Assembly: GCA_036172245.1 (NCBI GenBank)
Contig: JAYWIR010000005.1
Location: 124,001 to 188,000 of the forward strand
Reading direction: 5' to 3'
Length of the DNA stretch: 64,000 nt
From: Raillietiella orientalis
Lineage: Eukaryota
The notes beneath the pieces are model-generated. The model was not told where the DNA came from. It saw only the letters and a list, made by a program, of their open reading frames with translations, and searched no databases. Position 1 is the first letter of the stretch. Every line of letters begins with the position of its first letter. Shown piece after piece: positions 12,888 through 25,194 of this stretch. A program made the translations under genes and the position numbers.

Positions 12888-15800
12888 TTACTTCGCGTTC
12901 CTGTCGATCGCGAATGTCTGGACCACCCTTCCGAACCCCTGGGATCTCCCCTGTCGGAACAGGATCCTGGATTTCGGCTTCACATACTCTGGCTGCTTCA
13001 AGAACTTAAACAGCACAGAGGACTTCTGATTGCTTTGCAGCTCGTGGCACATAATTGCAATGATCACAGCGGTTTGGCATATGTTGTTTATGTGAATGGT
13101 GGCCTGAAATCCGGGTCGGATGATGTGGGGATGGTACACCACATATATGGATGCCTGCAAAGGGAGGCCGGCATCAGGCAGGGGATTGCAGCTGTGCGAG
13201 CATCAATGCGTAGCGACAAGTGGGAGGATGCTAGCAGAGAAGCTGCTCAGTCTCAAGGTACTTACTTGGAAACATATGCAGGCGTCCATGTTGTGATTTT
13301 CACTGATCAGCACCATTCCCTTTCTGAACTTGAAGGTAGCATCGCTTTTGAGTTTCAAGTTGAGGGTTGCACTGTGACCGGCATTTACACTTTGGCACGG
13401 CACCTTATTGCAGTGGATGGAAACCACCTCCACCAACTCGAACTCTCCGTTGTTTTTTGGTCCTGCGTAAAGAACGATGCTTTCTATGATTACACCTTGG
13501 GCCAGGAAGCCTCCAACGATGATTCCAGTGCCAGACATATGGAAAGTTTCGTCAATTTGAAACTCGATTGGTTCCTAAAGATTAAGAGTATATATTTTTT
13601 CAACTATGCAAAACAATCAACAGACTTTGCTGTTAAGTGCTGAACCAACACCCTGTTCCCAAATGAACTTTCTGAATTTTCTACAGAAAGAAATGTGCTT
13701 GCAGACTGGTGGTCCTTTTATGTACATGGTCAGACATGTGCATTGTGGCTCCCTTGGGCAGTGTTTCTCCAAACTATGCTCCCGTCAAAAACTATGAAAA
13801 TTTTACATGACTAAAATCTGGGAATAAATGTTTCTTTTGTTTTCTTCTAAACTCTTATGTTTACTTGCTCAATTTCTTCATTGTTATTATCCCAAGGTAT
13901 ACGGTTAAGGTCTCAGGATTTGCAAAGTGTTCCATCATGGGAAAAGTTTTGGAAACACTGCCCCAAGGAATCGTGTATTGCATAAGTAATCCCCAAGGAC
14001 TCGTTTCATGGCGATCAGGCGCAATGACCGTAACGGAAACAAAGTTGATCCTAAGATTTCGACAACATTCCATGTGTGGGTGTCCTTTCATAATCAAACG
14101 ACAAGAGTCGTTCTGGGTGGAGGAAGGAGGAGGAGACTCAAGCAAGCCTGCACAACATACCAATGGACCACTTTCTTGCAAAGAGATTGCCTTGTAATCA
14201 AGGGAACACTCCTCTGTCTTGTACCATGCATACCTGCACAAATGGAATGGCACAAGATATGTGTGTATCTATGCTTACATACTTGCTTGTGTACCTTGAT
14301 GTTCTATTAATCTGCCTGACTCTGCCTCAAAAGAAGAGTTCAGAGCAAACCATAACATGCAACTGCAAATTATATAGACAGCTGTAGAAATTAAAACTCC
14401 GAAGTAGGCATTTTATATTCCTCAAAGGACTAATGCATACAACGAGTACATCATGACAAAAACAAAGTATACACGTGCACTTCATAGTTTAACACGAACT
14501 GGTGCTATTCTGCATCTTCCCCCACCCCCTCAGGTGTCAAACAACAAACACCAGATAAACAACGACTTTCAACTGAAGACAATACATGCTAACGACGAGA
14601 TCTGCAGGAGAGATTTAAAGAATAAGAATCTGTGCCCATTTGTCTAATTTTTGTTTTTGTTCATAGCACCTGCCAGTTAGGTGTTAATGCAACAACCGCA
14701 TTTAGCAGTGCTGCTACAGAAATGAAATCAAGGATCTACCTGTTCTAACTTCTCCTTCTCCTTCAGGCTAATTCCTGGAGGCAACACATTCAAAAATTTG
14801 TTGAGTAATTCTAATCCTTTTCCTGAAACATTTGACACTAACATCACTGGAACCACATTTTCTCTAATGTTTCTAAAACTGTGTGTGACATCATCTTCTG
14901 TCTGGATCACAAATGGTTCTTTCTGGTATCTGGGTGATTTCAAAAGGAGTTTGATCTGCTTTATTACTTGCTTCAAAAACTCAGGTGGCACTGTATCTAT
15001 TTTTGTAACCACAAGGAAAACAGGGACTTCTATGGCAGTAATTAAATCCAAATGTTCAGCATTAGCATCCAGTGAAGCTGACACACTTACTACCAACATA
15101 ACATAATGGGGAGGGTACCCAGTCAGTCCAGCAACTGTTGTTCTCAAGTATTTTCTGTGACCAGCCAAATCAATGAATGTAATCAACTTGTCAGATTCTT
15201 CCACAATCTGTTCTGCATTCTGGCATGTCTCATAAGTAACTATACGACCCTAGAAAATCAGTGAAATTTACAATACAACACATACTTACTTTTCAAATTT
15301 ACAGTGTATCTTAAATTGGAACAACAAACATAAATACGTTTTTATTACACTACACAAACGTAAGAATAGGAGTCATTAAGAGCAGTGACACACTACACAC
15401 CCAAGATCAGAAGCCCTTACCAAAAATACAAAAAACATTACAGTGACTAGAAATAAAAAAAGTGCATTGTGTATTGTACAAGGGAAATGCACAGAACTTA
15501 TTCCACATAATGGAAAGTAGCAAATAAAAACGAGAGAGAGACAAAAAAATTCTTTTTTTCCGCCCATTTTACTTTATATCTGATAATTTGGGTGATGAGG
15601 TTAAAACACCTTTACAATCCAAAGCTTTACAAATAAAGTGACAAGAATGTTTTCCCCAGTTCCACATATCTAAATGTAGCTACTATAAGCAAACGGATTA
15701 GGAAATAGGAATCTATATCTTGTTTGAATTAGCTTGTTTTTGCAAATGCTAAATGGAAAACTATGTTGAATAACAGCAAAAAATTATATGAAAACCATGG

Positions 15801-17095
15801 ATGCATAGGTTCCAGAGATTTAGGCATAGGCAAAAATTTAATATGCCACTGCATTAAATAGCATAACAAACTTTAAGCCTATTAATCTCATTGGTAGATC
15901 ATTCCTTTAATGAATTACTCATTAGAAGTTGGAAAACCTGGGGCATTGTTTACAAGCATTTATACACAAAAAATACAAAATGCAAATTTTTTTTTTCTAA
16001 TTTTTTATGATCTCTATAACTATGAGCTTTAACAATTAATCATTGAAAAGACCGTCCCAGATTTCAAGAATTCAGTCATTACTTGTGCTTATATGCTAAC
16101 TCATGCACTGAGATGCAAACACATGGGCCATTTACCAATTTATTGAATCCCAGCATTTCATGACTTACAGAGCTTGTTCTTCCAGTCTGAAATTCGTGTT
16201 TATGACGAAACATATTCATTCTTGCTTTGCCTTTACCATTATCTAATTCACCTTGGGTCAAAACACCCAGCAATGTTGATTTCCCTGCATCAACATGTCC
16301 CAAGACAGCTATACGAAGATCAATACTTGATCTATTCTCTGGAATCTGGAGACAAATTTTGTAAGGAGTAAGCTGCCTCGACTCATAAAATCAATTGAAA
16401 TTCGATGACTTTCTCAAAATTGCAACATATTACCAATACAAACTCATATAAGAGAAAAACAAATACTTTGCGAATAAGAACTTCTGCAGTCTTGACAGGA
16501 TCCAAACTATTTTCGTCCACAATTCTTTCTTTTAAAACAGTTAACGTGGCTCCAAGCTTGGCTGCCATGATGTACAAAGTATTCATGCTAGCTTCCATTT
16601 CAGATTTATTTAATCCAATGAAAGCTCCATCATCACTAACACCTATTTCATAAATTGCTTCACCGTGTCCTTCTCGGAGACGCCATTTCATCTAAAATAC
16701 ACCGCAATAATTCATGGGCAAAATTTTACATCACACACTGTAGGCATCCACATATTTGTCAGTTGTACTGTTAATAAGTCACCATACTTCAATTTATCAA
16801 GATGAAATCTCTTAACGTGTATTAAGTATTTGTACGTTTTTTTTACTGCAAAAAATGCCCGTCAACACTTCGTATTCCCATTTTCGTGCTGTTTAACATA
16901 TCTCGTTAAAGTAAGCGCCTATGGAGAACACTGCACACAAAAACTCACTATAAATGACTATCCACTCACCTGGGTCACTAAATGTTCCAAGCGTTGTTTA
17001 GTAGGACTTATGAGCTTTAGCTTGTACTCAACGTTTCCGGACTCCGATTCTGCAGGGAAGTTGAGAGGCGTGATATTTTCCTTGTTGGCCCCCAT
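12888..17095 (-). CDS. GTPBP2: GTP-binding protein 2 (translational GTPase, ribosome rescue), 6 exons, ~548 aa
   Basis: Exons 17095-16970, 16691-16467, 16345-16136, 15249-14740, 13574-13266, 13154-12888, all phase 0 GT-AG. Motifs: GNVEYKLKL...[26 protein letters not shown]-loop [41 protein letters not shown]-Tu-like domains II/III. Confidence 0.95.
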
Positions 17096-17473
17096 GAGTG
17101 GTGAGTCCTACATCTGACGAAATCCCAATTTATTTTCAAACATACATCAATGACGTTTCATAATTTCGCGTTGCCAATTGCTTTCATGCAATGCTTTTCA
17201 AAATGATCCTTTAGTAAATTGACAATACTTGGAAATCCTGGATAAAGTTAAAAATATTAGTGACGTTTTAAAATTTGAATAAATATATTGAGAAATAAGG
17301 AAGATTCTTTAAGAAAGAGCAACTTATTTTCCATGTATGGACATCCATGAAAATATCAAGCCGATTAGACTTTAATGGTAAGTTTTCTGCAAATCTGTTT
17401 CTTTCAATCAGTTTCTTTTAATCTTTCAATCTACAGAACCCAAAAGCGTTAAAACGCGCGCACTCTTTAAAAA

Positions 17474-17773
17474 ATGGCAAATAATGTGGTTGCTAAGAAG
17501 AATCACTTTGAGCAATCATATGAAACTATGGGTCAAAGTAAAAACAAAATTAAAATAAAAGAAAGGGTGCGAAAACCAAAGCAGAATAAGAACCAGCATG
17601 CTCAAAGGGAAAAAGGTTGGAAGCCACTGTTGTTGTTTGTTTTCATTATGATCATGACTCTGATTATAATATATATATTGTGTAAATTCATTCGTGAAAT
17701 GCATTATGGAAGGAAGAAACTCAAAAAAAAGAAAAGAGCAGTAAGTTCATTTGGAAGGGAAAAAACTTCATAG
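17474..17773 (+). CDS. Small basic ORF with one hydrophobic segment (candidate single-pass membrane protein), divergent from GTPBP2
   Basis: 99-aa ORF with a K-rich N-terminus, then LLLFVFIMIMTLIIIYILC. A GT-AG intron-like segment lies just upstream (~17378-17436). A possible donor after the TM segment means the true C-terminus may differ. No family recognised. Confidence 0.35.
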   Translation: MANNVVAKKNHFEQSYETMGQSKNKIKIKERVRKPKQNKNQHAQREKGWKPLLLFVFIMIMTLIIIYILCKFIREMHYGRKKLKKKKRAVSSFGREKTS

Positions 17774-20700
17774 GGTGAATTAAAAATTGCATAAACTTTG
17801 ATATGTGTGTATCTATGTTTACGTGCTTGCTATGCATTCATACATATATGTAACCCTATATCTGTATCGATTCAATCATGAGAAATCAGTGAGTTCACAA
17901 AGATGCGAGGAAAGAGTCATCTTTTTTTTTTTTTGGTTGCTGTGAATGATTCCGTTGGAAATTCTTATCTGCTTTGTCTCCAAAGATTCTGTCCTTATTT
18001 ATCTAAATATCTCTATCCTTTCGATGGGACACTAAATTGGGAAAACTGTGAGTTTATAAATAGAGAAATCAAATTCCAGGATTTATCAGGAAAAGGAAAG
18101 CATCTTCACGCTACTGGAATTCTTGGAAGAATGCGCAGTCTACGAAGTTACATTCGACACATGGGGAAAATATGCCTCCATTAGGATGTTGGACATATTG
18201 TGTTGCTCGATCACTACACGGGAAATCCGTAGGTCCCGTATGACATATCCACGCATTAGTGTTTCTGACATATCAGATCCTATTGTTTTAATAGTCACTA
18301 GTTGCAAGACGATTTTTTTTTCATCCTCCCAACGGAGAGTGCCTCATTTCCGGTATGTCCAGGTTGCACTTGTCCTCGCCAAACTTCCACCGTCCTGGAA
18401 ATAACAACTCCATGAAGTCGTATTTTGGTGTTACAGCTCATCAATATGGGAATCCATCACGGAAATGCCAACTCAAAAGGAGCAGCCGATCTATTAGGAA
18501 AGATAGAAATGAATTTATGTATCAGGAGGCTAAGGAGCTAGAATACTTTTGGTCCGCTGCACTTCCTCAGTTTAAAATCCCCCGAATGCATGAATGAAAG
18601 TATGAAAAACCTTTAAAATCGAAATGGGGAATATCTTTGTATTTCTCTCTTTTTAGTTTTTTTTTTTCTTTTTCTTTGATTAGTTGGAATCTTCAACTAC
18701 TATTCATGATCATTATCGTTCGAAATTGCCTATTTCGTCACATTGGGAAAAACAGCAAGATCTCCAGAATGTTTTTCATTTGGTTCACGAATTGCAATTT
18801 TTGCCAAAAATGTCTCAAGACATCAAAATGCTTGGAAAACAAATAGAATTTTTTAAAAAAAATCTGAAAAGAATTCCTGTAAAGAGGAGATATAGAAGGG
18901 ATGTTGGGAACTTAGAAAAACTAGAGGAACTAATCTGCTATCGCTAAACTGAGGCACCACAGAAACCAGTGGACGAGTTTGGTTTATCAAGAAATCGGAT
19001 ACGAGAGCGAGCATCCATTAGTCCAGGGACGGAATTCGAATGCAGCTGCAGCGTTCTGACATCTCTCCGGTTGGGGAACAGCAATCCAAACTTTTGGTAA
19101 ACTGTGCAGATGGAAATTTTGGAAACCGTCGAAAAGATCGAGGAGAGGAGTCAAGTTGCGTGTGAACCGATGAGACCATGCTCTACCCTGGCCCACAATG
19201 CCTCCAGTGGCTGCGCATACTCTGCGAAGGTAATCTGTGTAAAGACGAAAGATTGCTGCCGGCAACGTGGAGACAGCACCTGCTGTCCATTTTCAGACAA
19301 CCGTGGCATTTGGATTTGTGGAATGTGCGGGAAAGCCAAGCAAAAAACTCGCAACAAAGTTGTCAGTGTTGTTTCACGGAAATTCCGGGGCAGAGGTTCT
19401 GCTAAGAGATGCACGTAGGATCTGCAAGTCGGGGAAACTGAGTGAGCGCGGCCAGCCTTGTGTCGCCAAGTGCTCGCAGAATGGAGGAGAAGATGATGCA
19501 CAGAGTGAGGAGTCGGGAAGTCTGGAGCGCGATCAGAATGAGCAAACTTACCCTTCACTCTCAAACGGGGGGGGGGGGATAATGTGAACTCGAGAAACTT
19601 AGGGGATGGTGTCCCATTTCAAAATTGCCGTTGTTTTGAACGCGATCGTCGATGGCTACGAGTGCCATCGGTGGACTCAGCAAGAGTGGGAGGGCAGATT
19701 TGTTTTGCGAAGCAGATTCGGATCATGAGTCACCAGGAGCAACATTGACAGGAGCACGGGTGAACTGCTTCCGTTAGGGTGGACTCCGAGGCAGAATTCA
19801 GATTCAGACGCTGGAGCCGGACGAGCCCGATCCCTATGGGCAGTTGCATTCGAGAGTCTTCCATCTTGTCCTCCATGCCTTCTTTGGCAACATGCTTTCT
19901 CTTCGCAGAACCTTCAGCTTTGTCGACGATGTGTTGTCGCGCCTCTAGCAGGAGGCGTAGCCACTCGGGAAGCAAGATGAGGAGTCGGGATTCTGGATCG
20001 AGGAGGTGGACGCACAGCTGGGAGAAATGCACGGGCACGTGCGACCTCCGCGAGCAGACGAGGCTCGGATGCTACTTGAACAAGATGGAACCAGAACGAA
20101 CCGCTGAAGATTCGGGAACATGCTCTGGGAACCTGTTCCAGGGAAAAACTTGCTTGCGTCTAGCTTCACTGCCTCACAACGGAGAGCAGCTGCTGACTGC
20201 CTGGCAGTGCGCAAGCGCAGGCATCTTCCTTTTGAGATGAATGCATCTTCAATGACAAGCGCATCTTCGGAAGAATCTTCAGAACACGAGGTGCTTGGTC
20301 CACCGGGTTCTTCTCGGATGAATGCTGCAGCGCCGTTGCTGATCGCACGTGACGCAGGTTCCACGTCCTGGGACGCCAAGCTTCTTGAATCTGGTGAGAA
20401 GCTCACCGCTTGCTCCTGTGTCTCACGAGACCGTTCGATTCGTCTGGTATAAGAGCGGTGGTCGATCCTTCTTGATCTACCGAGTCGACTTCGAGGAGAA
20501 TAATTTCCCTAAGGCGAAGTCACGACCAAACCCCTGTGAGGCTCTCTCGGCGAGTTAGCAGAGCCGACGAGACCCTGGACGGCGGGGAGGTCCTAAAGAC
20601 ACTCTAAGCGAACCCTCCCACACTGATGAGAGCTCCAGCGAATTGGCTACCTGATGACCCAGGACTTCCTGCCTGGTTTCCTTGACACAGGCATCGCGAT

Positions 20701-20915
20701 TGCGCTCGCGCTCTCTCCGGTCACATCGGTAAACAACTGTCCTCGAAGATGCCTGCGGGCAGAGCGTCCGGCAGGATGGTTCGCATTCGAATCGGCCAGT
20801 GTCTCTTGCCGGGCGCTCCGCCCCGTAGGCATTTTCGAGGATCCGGTGGAGCCCGCAACCATCTAGCGTGGGCGGGGAGTTAAGGGGGTCACTCAGCTGT
20901 GGGTTCGTCTTCCAG

Positions 20916-21183
20916 AAAATCGAAGAGGACCCCGTGGACTGCAGCGACCTGAAGGAGCAGATCAGACACCTGAACAGGTTTCTCAAGACAATCAAGTCAT
21001 CCATCTCGTACACAGACGAGAAGGTACAGTCACTCTTCCCACGACGCGGTGGCCGTGAATTGTATTCAGATAGATGAAATTTTGCGAAAAGTACATGAAC
21101 AGGGGTTAGACGAAGACGCCCATGCGGTCCAGGAGCGGAGGAGGATCGCGGACGTGATCAAGCACACCGCATTATGTAAATAA
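20916..21183 (+). CDS. Terminal exons of an unidentified gene (helical/coiled-coil-like peptide)
   Basis: Acceptor ttccag|20916, exon KIEEDPVDCSDLKEQIRHLNRFLKTIKSSISYTDEK, 46-nt GT-AG intron 21024-21069, in-frame exon IDEILRKVHEQGLDEDAHAVQERRRIADVIKHTALCK* with an overlapping AATAAA. GC3-biased codons. Upstream exons (18.7-20.9 kb) not resolved. Confidence 0.5.
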
Positions 21184-21466
21184 AGGCTGTGATGTACAGA
21201 GAGCTGCCCCCCTTTCGTCCCGGTGTACGGGAAGCGTTCTCGTCCGTGCCAGAAGCGCCCAGGACGGACGGATCGAACCTGCTCCGGGAGGTGAACCTCC
21301 CCTCCGCGCGAGAGAGCGGGGTGCCCTAGGCCAAGACGCGCAGAGCTCGGTCTTGGACCGCGGCCAGGATCTCTGCCGGTCGCCAGACAGCGAGTGTGCT
21401 CAGGGGTTCGGATGGGAAACGGGAGGGAGAAAGGGAGGGGGAGAGTATCCATCTCCCGTCACACGG

Positions 21467-22549
21467 ATGTCGGGTAATCGGAAGAAATGGATCCGCTGGC
21501 TGCAGTGCGCGTACTGGGCCATCAGGAAGGCGCCGCTGCGAGACTACCCCGAAACTTCTAGATCCAAGCGAGGGCGAATTCCGCCTCCGGCACTTTCCGC
21601 ATGATCTTCCTCCCATTTCGAACAGTCCGCCTGACCTGCGGCAACGTGCCCTCGGTCGCGGCCATACAGCCCAAGGTGTTCCTGGACTCCGACGACTTCC
21701 TGTGAGTGTGTCGGGCAGAGGGAGGTTCGGTTCCTCACCTGCTTTTCGGCTCCAGGAACTCCGAAATGCCCTGCGAAGACCCCATGCTGAAGTTCGTGGA
21801 CCTGCAAGCGTGGAAGATCTCCTCTCCCAACTTCCTCCCCACGGACGTCCTGCAGGACTCCTTCGAGAGGGCGAAAAGGGACGCCGGCGCGATGGCGACC
21901 GCGACTCACAGGCGCTTCGCCACAGGTGGGACCGCGAGAAAATTGGGGGTTCCCTTCCTCCTCAACCTCGCACCTACCCTGCTCTTCAGCTTTTCTGAGC
22001 TTCCCGTTCCCGTTTCTGCGAGGCCGTCGTCTCGGGGCCAGAGAGCGCTCTCGGCTGTCTCGGAGAAGGGGTTCGGCTGAACTCGGCGAAGCCGCGGGGA
22101 AAGCGGACCTCTTTCCCCGCGGGCGTGTTCTGGAAAGAGGTGCGCGCGATTCTGAGGAGTCCAGGAAGTCCACCGGAGGGACCGCTCAGGCGGCCGAGCA
22201 CAGCGAATTCCCCCGGCACCCTCCGCGCGACCCCTCCCCGACGCTGATTTCGCGCAGCTTCCGGTTGCCACGGCGGAGCAGAAAACTCATCGACCGCCCT
22301 TCCTGCCCGGCTGCTCCGCCTCCGGATGGAGCGTCCCCCGTCAAATGCAAGTGCAGGAAGCAGACGCATGTGCGACCTCCCTCGCCACTCGTGGCGCGGA
22401 GGTCACGGAAGTCTCGGGTCCATCCGTCGAGTTGCCGCGTTGCGATGCCTTGGAGAAATCCGGGAAAGCCTCGGGCTGTTCCCGCCACGGACGCGAGCGA
22501 GCGGCAGGGATCCGATAGAAAGGACCTCCCTGTTCGTCAGGCCGGCTGA
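21467..22549 (+). CDS. Unidentified multi-exon orphan gene, R/P/S-rich C-terminus
   Basis: Phase-consistent exons 21626-21701 (RLTCGNVPSVAAIQPKVFLDSDDF), 21756-21925 (NSEMPCEDPMLKFVDLQAWKISSPNFLPTDVLQDSFERAKR...) and 21990-22549, separated by 54- and 64-nt GT-AG introns. Strong GC3 bias; AATAAA at ~22762. First exon and start (ATG 21467) uncertain. Confidence 0.5.
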
Positions 22550-22863
22550 GATGCAGCGGGACCGCCAACCCCCTCGGGGTGCTGCTTCGCCGCCTGAGGC
22601 GGTAAGCGAGACCAGGGGAGGCATTAGCGTTGTGGGTTCCACTCCACCCGTGGAGCGTCGACGCCGGGAATAGGGTGTGTGGAGTGTGTGGTCGTTTTCG
22701 CGTGCCCTCGCAGTACGACGCTGCTTGGCCGGACCACTGTCATCAAAGACTATCTGCTTTAAATAAAGAAAAAAAAAAAGACTATCAGTTCATTCCTGAG
22801 ATGCTTTGCACTGGCATTTACATGAAGATCCTCACATATTTGGACAATTTTGCATTAACAGAT

Positions 22864-23110
22864 CTATAAAGCAGCGCGGATTTCTGGACAAGCGTCGTTG
22901 TCTTCTATTGAACGCTCCATCGGATGCTTTTCTGGAATAGCACTTGCCATCCAAGCAGTCTCAGGATTTCTTATGCTTATGCTATCAGTCGAATCGTTGA
23001 GCCAATTCTTGAGGTGCGGGAAGACGTGGTGGTCAGTGGACGCGAGGTCAGGACAGGGTGATCGAAAAGTTCCCATTTGAATTTCTGATCGTGGTACTGT
23101 TTTGTTTGGG
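22864..23110 (-). mobile_element. Decayed mariner (Tc1/mariner, DD34D) transposase C-terminal fragment
   Basis: Minus strand reads FKWELFDHP-(frameshift/deletion)-PDLASTDHHVFPHLKNWL, matching the mariner signature W(E)xxxHPPYSPDLAPSDYHLFxxLKNWL. No intact ORF or TIRs seen. Confidence 0.75.
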
Positions 23111-25194
23111 CCTTCCGGATAAGAAGCGGTACTTACGAGTTTTTGTTAGCCGTCCGTATTTCGCGCCGATGGCAAGCTGACTCCATCCTTAGAAACTTTG
23201 GCTCGTTGTCGATTAGGGCCTTTCAAAGAAAGAGTCTAACGGCTGGAGTAGCGTCCCACCAGAAGCGTAAGTTCACTCAGCATCAAAGACGCTTAGTAGA
23301 AAAAAATCCTTTGAAATCTGTAGCACAAATGTAGCAAGCCCACCATTCTACAACAAGATGGCTCAGCGTGCTGTCTTGCTCCATGCTGCTTTAGAAATAC
23401 GGACGGTGAACAAAAAATCTGGAAATACCAATTCTAATGGGGACAGAGAGTGAGCGACTATCCTTGTATCTTTTCACCCATCCTGCTGAATCACTGAATT
23501 GAGGAACTCCAAGAGTGGTGGCTGTTTTGAATTAGCTTGACTCTGGTTGCTCATTGCCTCCCGAGAGCATCTGATTCATCCAATCTCCTTCGCCTCTGAC
23601 CGAGGGTCATGGTCGCGTTGCCATCCCTTCATTCCACTTAACAGTATTCTGATCCTCACGAGAGTGCCCGGTCAAGCCAATGATTTGAGTTGACCTTTCG
23701 CATTAGACGATTACCTGATGGGAAAGTCGGACCAAATCCAGTCCAAGCAGTCAAGAGAGACACGTAGACGTGCGAGGAAAAGCAGCGCATTTGATTTTTT
23801 GTCGTGCACTTACGAAAAGAGGAGGGAAATTCGCAAGTTGCTTCCTAGGGGCCTAAAGCTGATCTCGTCATCGATAGGTGGGACACTCGGTACTCCGCTG
23901 CACCTTCCCACCGTAAAATTTGGGACAGCAGGAAGAATCCCTCCTTTCTTTCATTTCATCGATCTGCCTACAAGAACACGATGAGTGACGATGATGGTTT
24001 GCTTTTATGGACACCGATCACTTTTGTTGACGCTTCGTTTTCTTGATTCAATTTGTTATTCAAGTACAAAGTATAGAAGCCAATGTTTGGTCAGCTACAA
24101 GCTTAATGTTTTAGTATTTAGACACGGCGTCATCTTTTGATCCGGAGTGTTCTCTGGAGGAGCTACTAATTAATTGCGGTTCGGTGCTGCTGTTCACGTA
24201 CACAGCCATGGACTTACTATCCTTACATTACATGGACACATTCATAATCCCAACAGATTGTCAATCAACTCTTCTTATTCTAAACATGCTTATCCCGAAG
24301 GGCTTTTATCTTTAAGATTTCAAACGAAGTGCTGGACCATGGTCTAATCTCGGGAATGTCAACAGCTCTCTAAGGACATGTATTTTTTAGAAAATTTCAC
24401 AGCTATGTGTCAATGGACTTCAGAAACAGCAATTCTATTTATCACGCACACACCTATATAGAACTGTGTGTGCTTAGAGTATAATCATATGAATTTTTTC
24501 AAACCCAGTAAGATAAATAACAAACACTATTTCCAAGAAATTGAGAGAAATCTTGTGGATACTAGTGTACCCGAATGTAGATGTAAATTGCTGCGAGACA
24601 GAACGAGCAAACGTGCTCATTTTATTTCTTCAGTATGAGACAAGCTCATAGAGCAAGGATTTCACAGATCAAAGATGCACTAATCAAAGATGATGCACGA
24701 GTAAAGGGTTTTCTCAAAACATCGATTAGTGGTGGGAGAAATTCAGATCCCCGAACTGCACACATCATCATACACTGGGATTTTTCTCCAGCTTCTTCAC
24801 GATCTGGATGTAACATTGGATCTATGGATATAATGGCCTGTGCTCATACAGGGGACTGCTATGTGAAATATAGATACTCAGTTCACAAGGAATTTATCAT
24901 TATTGGAACCACATTAGTACATTAAAATGTCGTTCGGGAACAGGGTCTTGACAGCGAGAAAGTGCCAGAACTTTCGCGGTTCAAAACATCACATTGAGCT
25001 TGGCTCATACTAAGAAATCAAATCGAGCCGTTTCCTGCAACCTTTCATTCGAAGCACAGCATTATTTCTGCACTCTCCGTGGTCTGAAGGAGCAACATTA
25101 TGTATGAAACGCACGTAGCATTTCCAATTCATGCGGAAGTAATACGTCAAAGCAGGTAATCCGTATAACAAATCTTGCTAAAGCGTGGCATTTT

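Noticed and set aside
17474..17773. Naming the small ORF as TRIQK or another known microprotein
   Set aside because: Only general architecture (basic tail + TM) is similar; no shared motif recognised.
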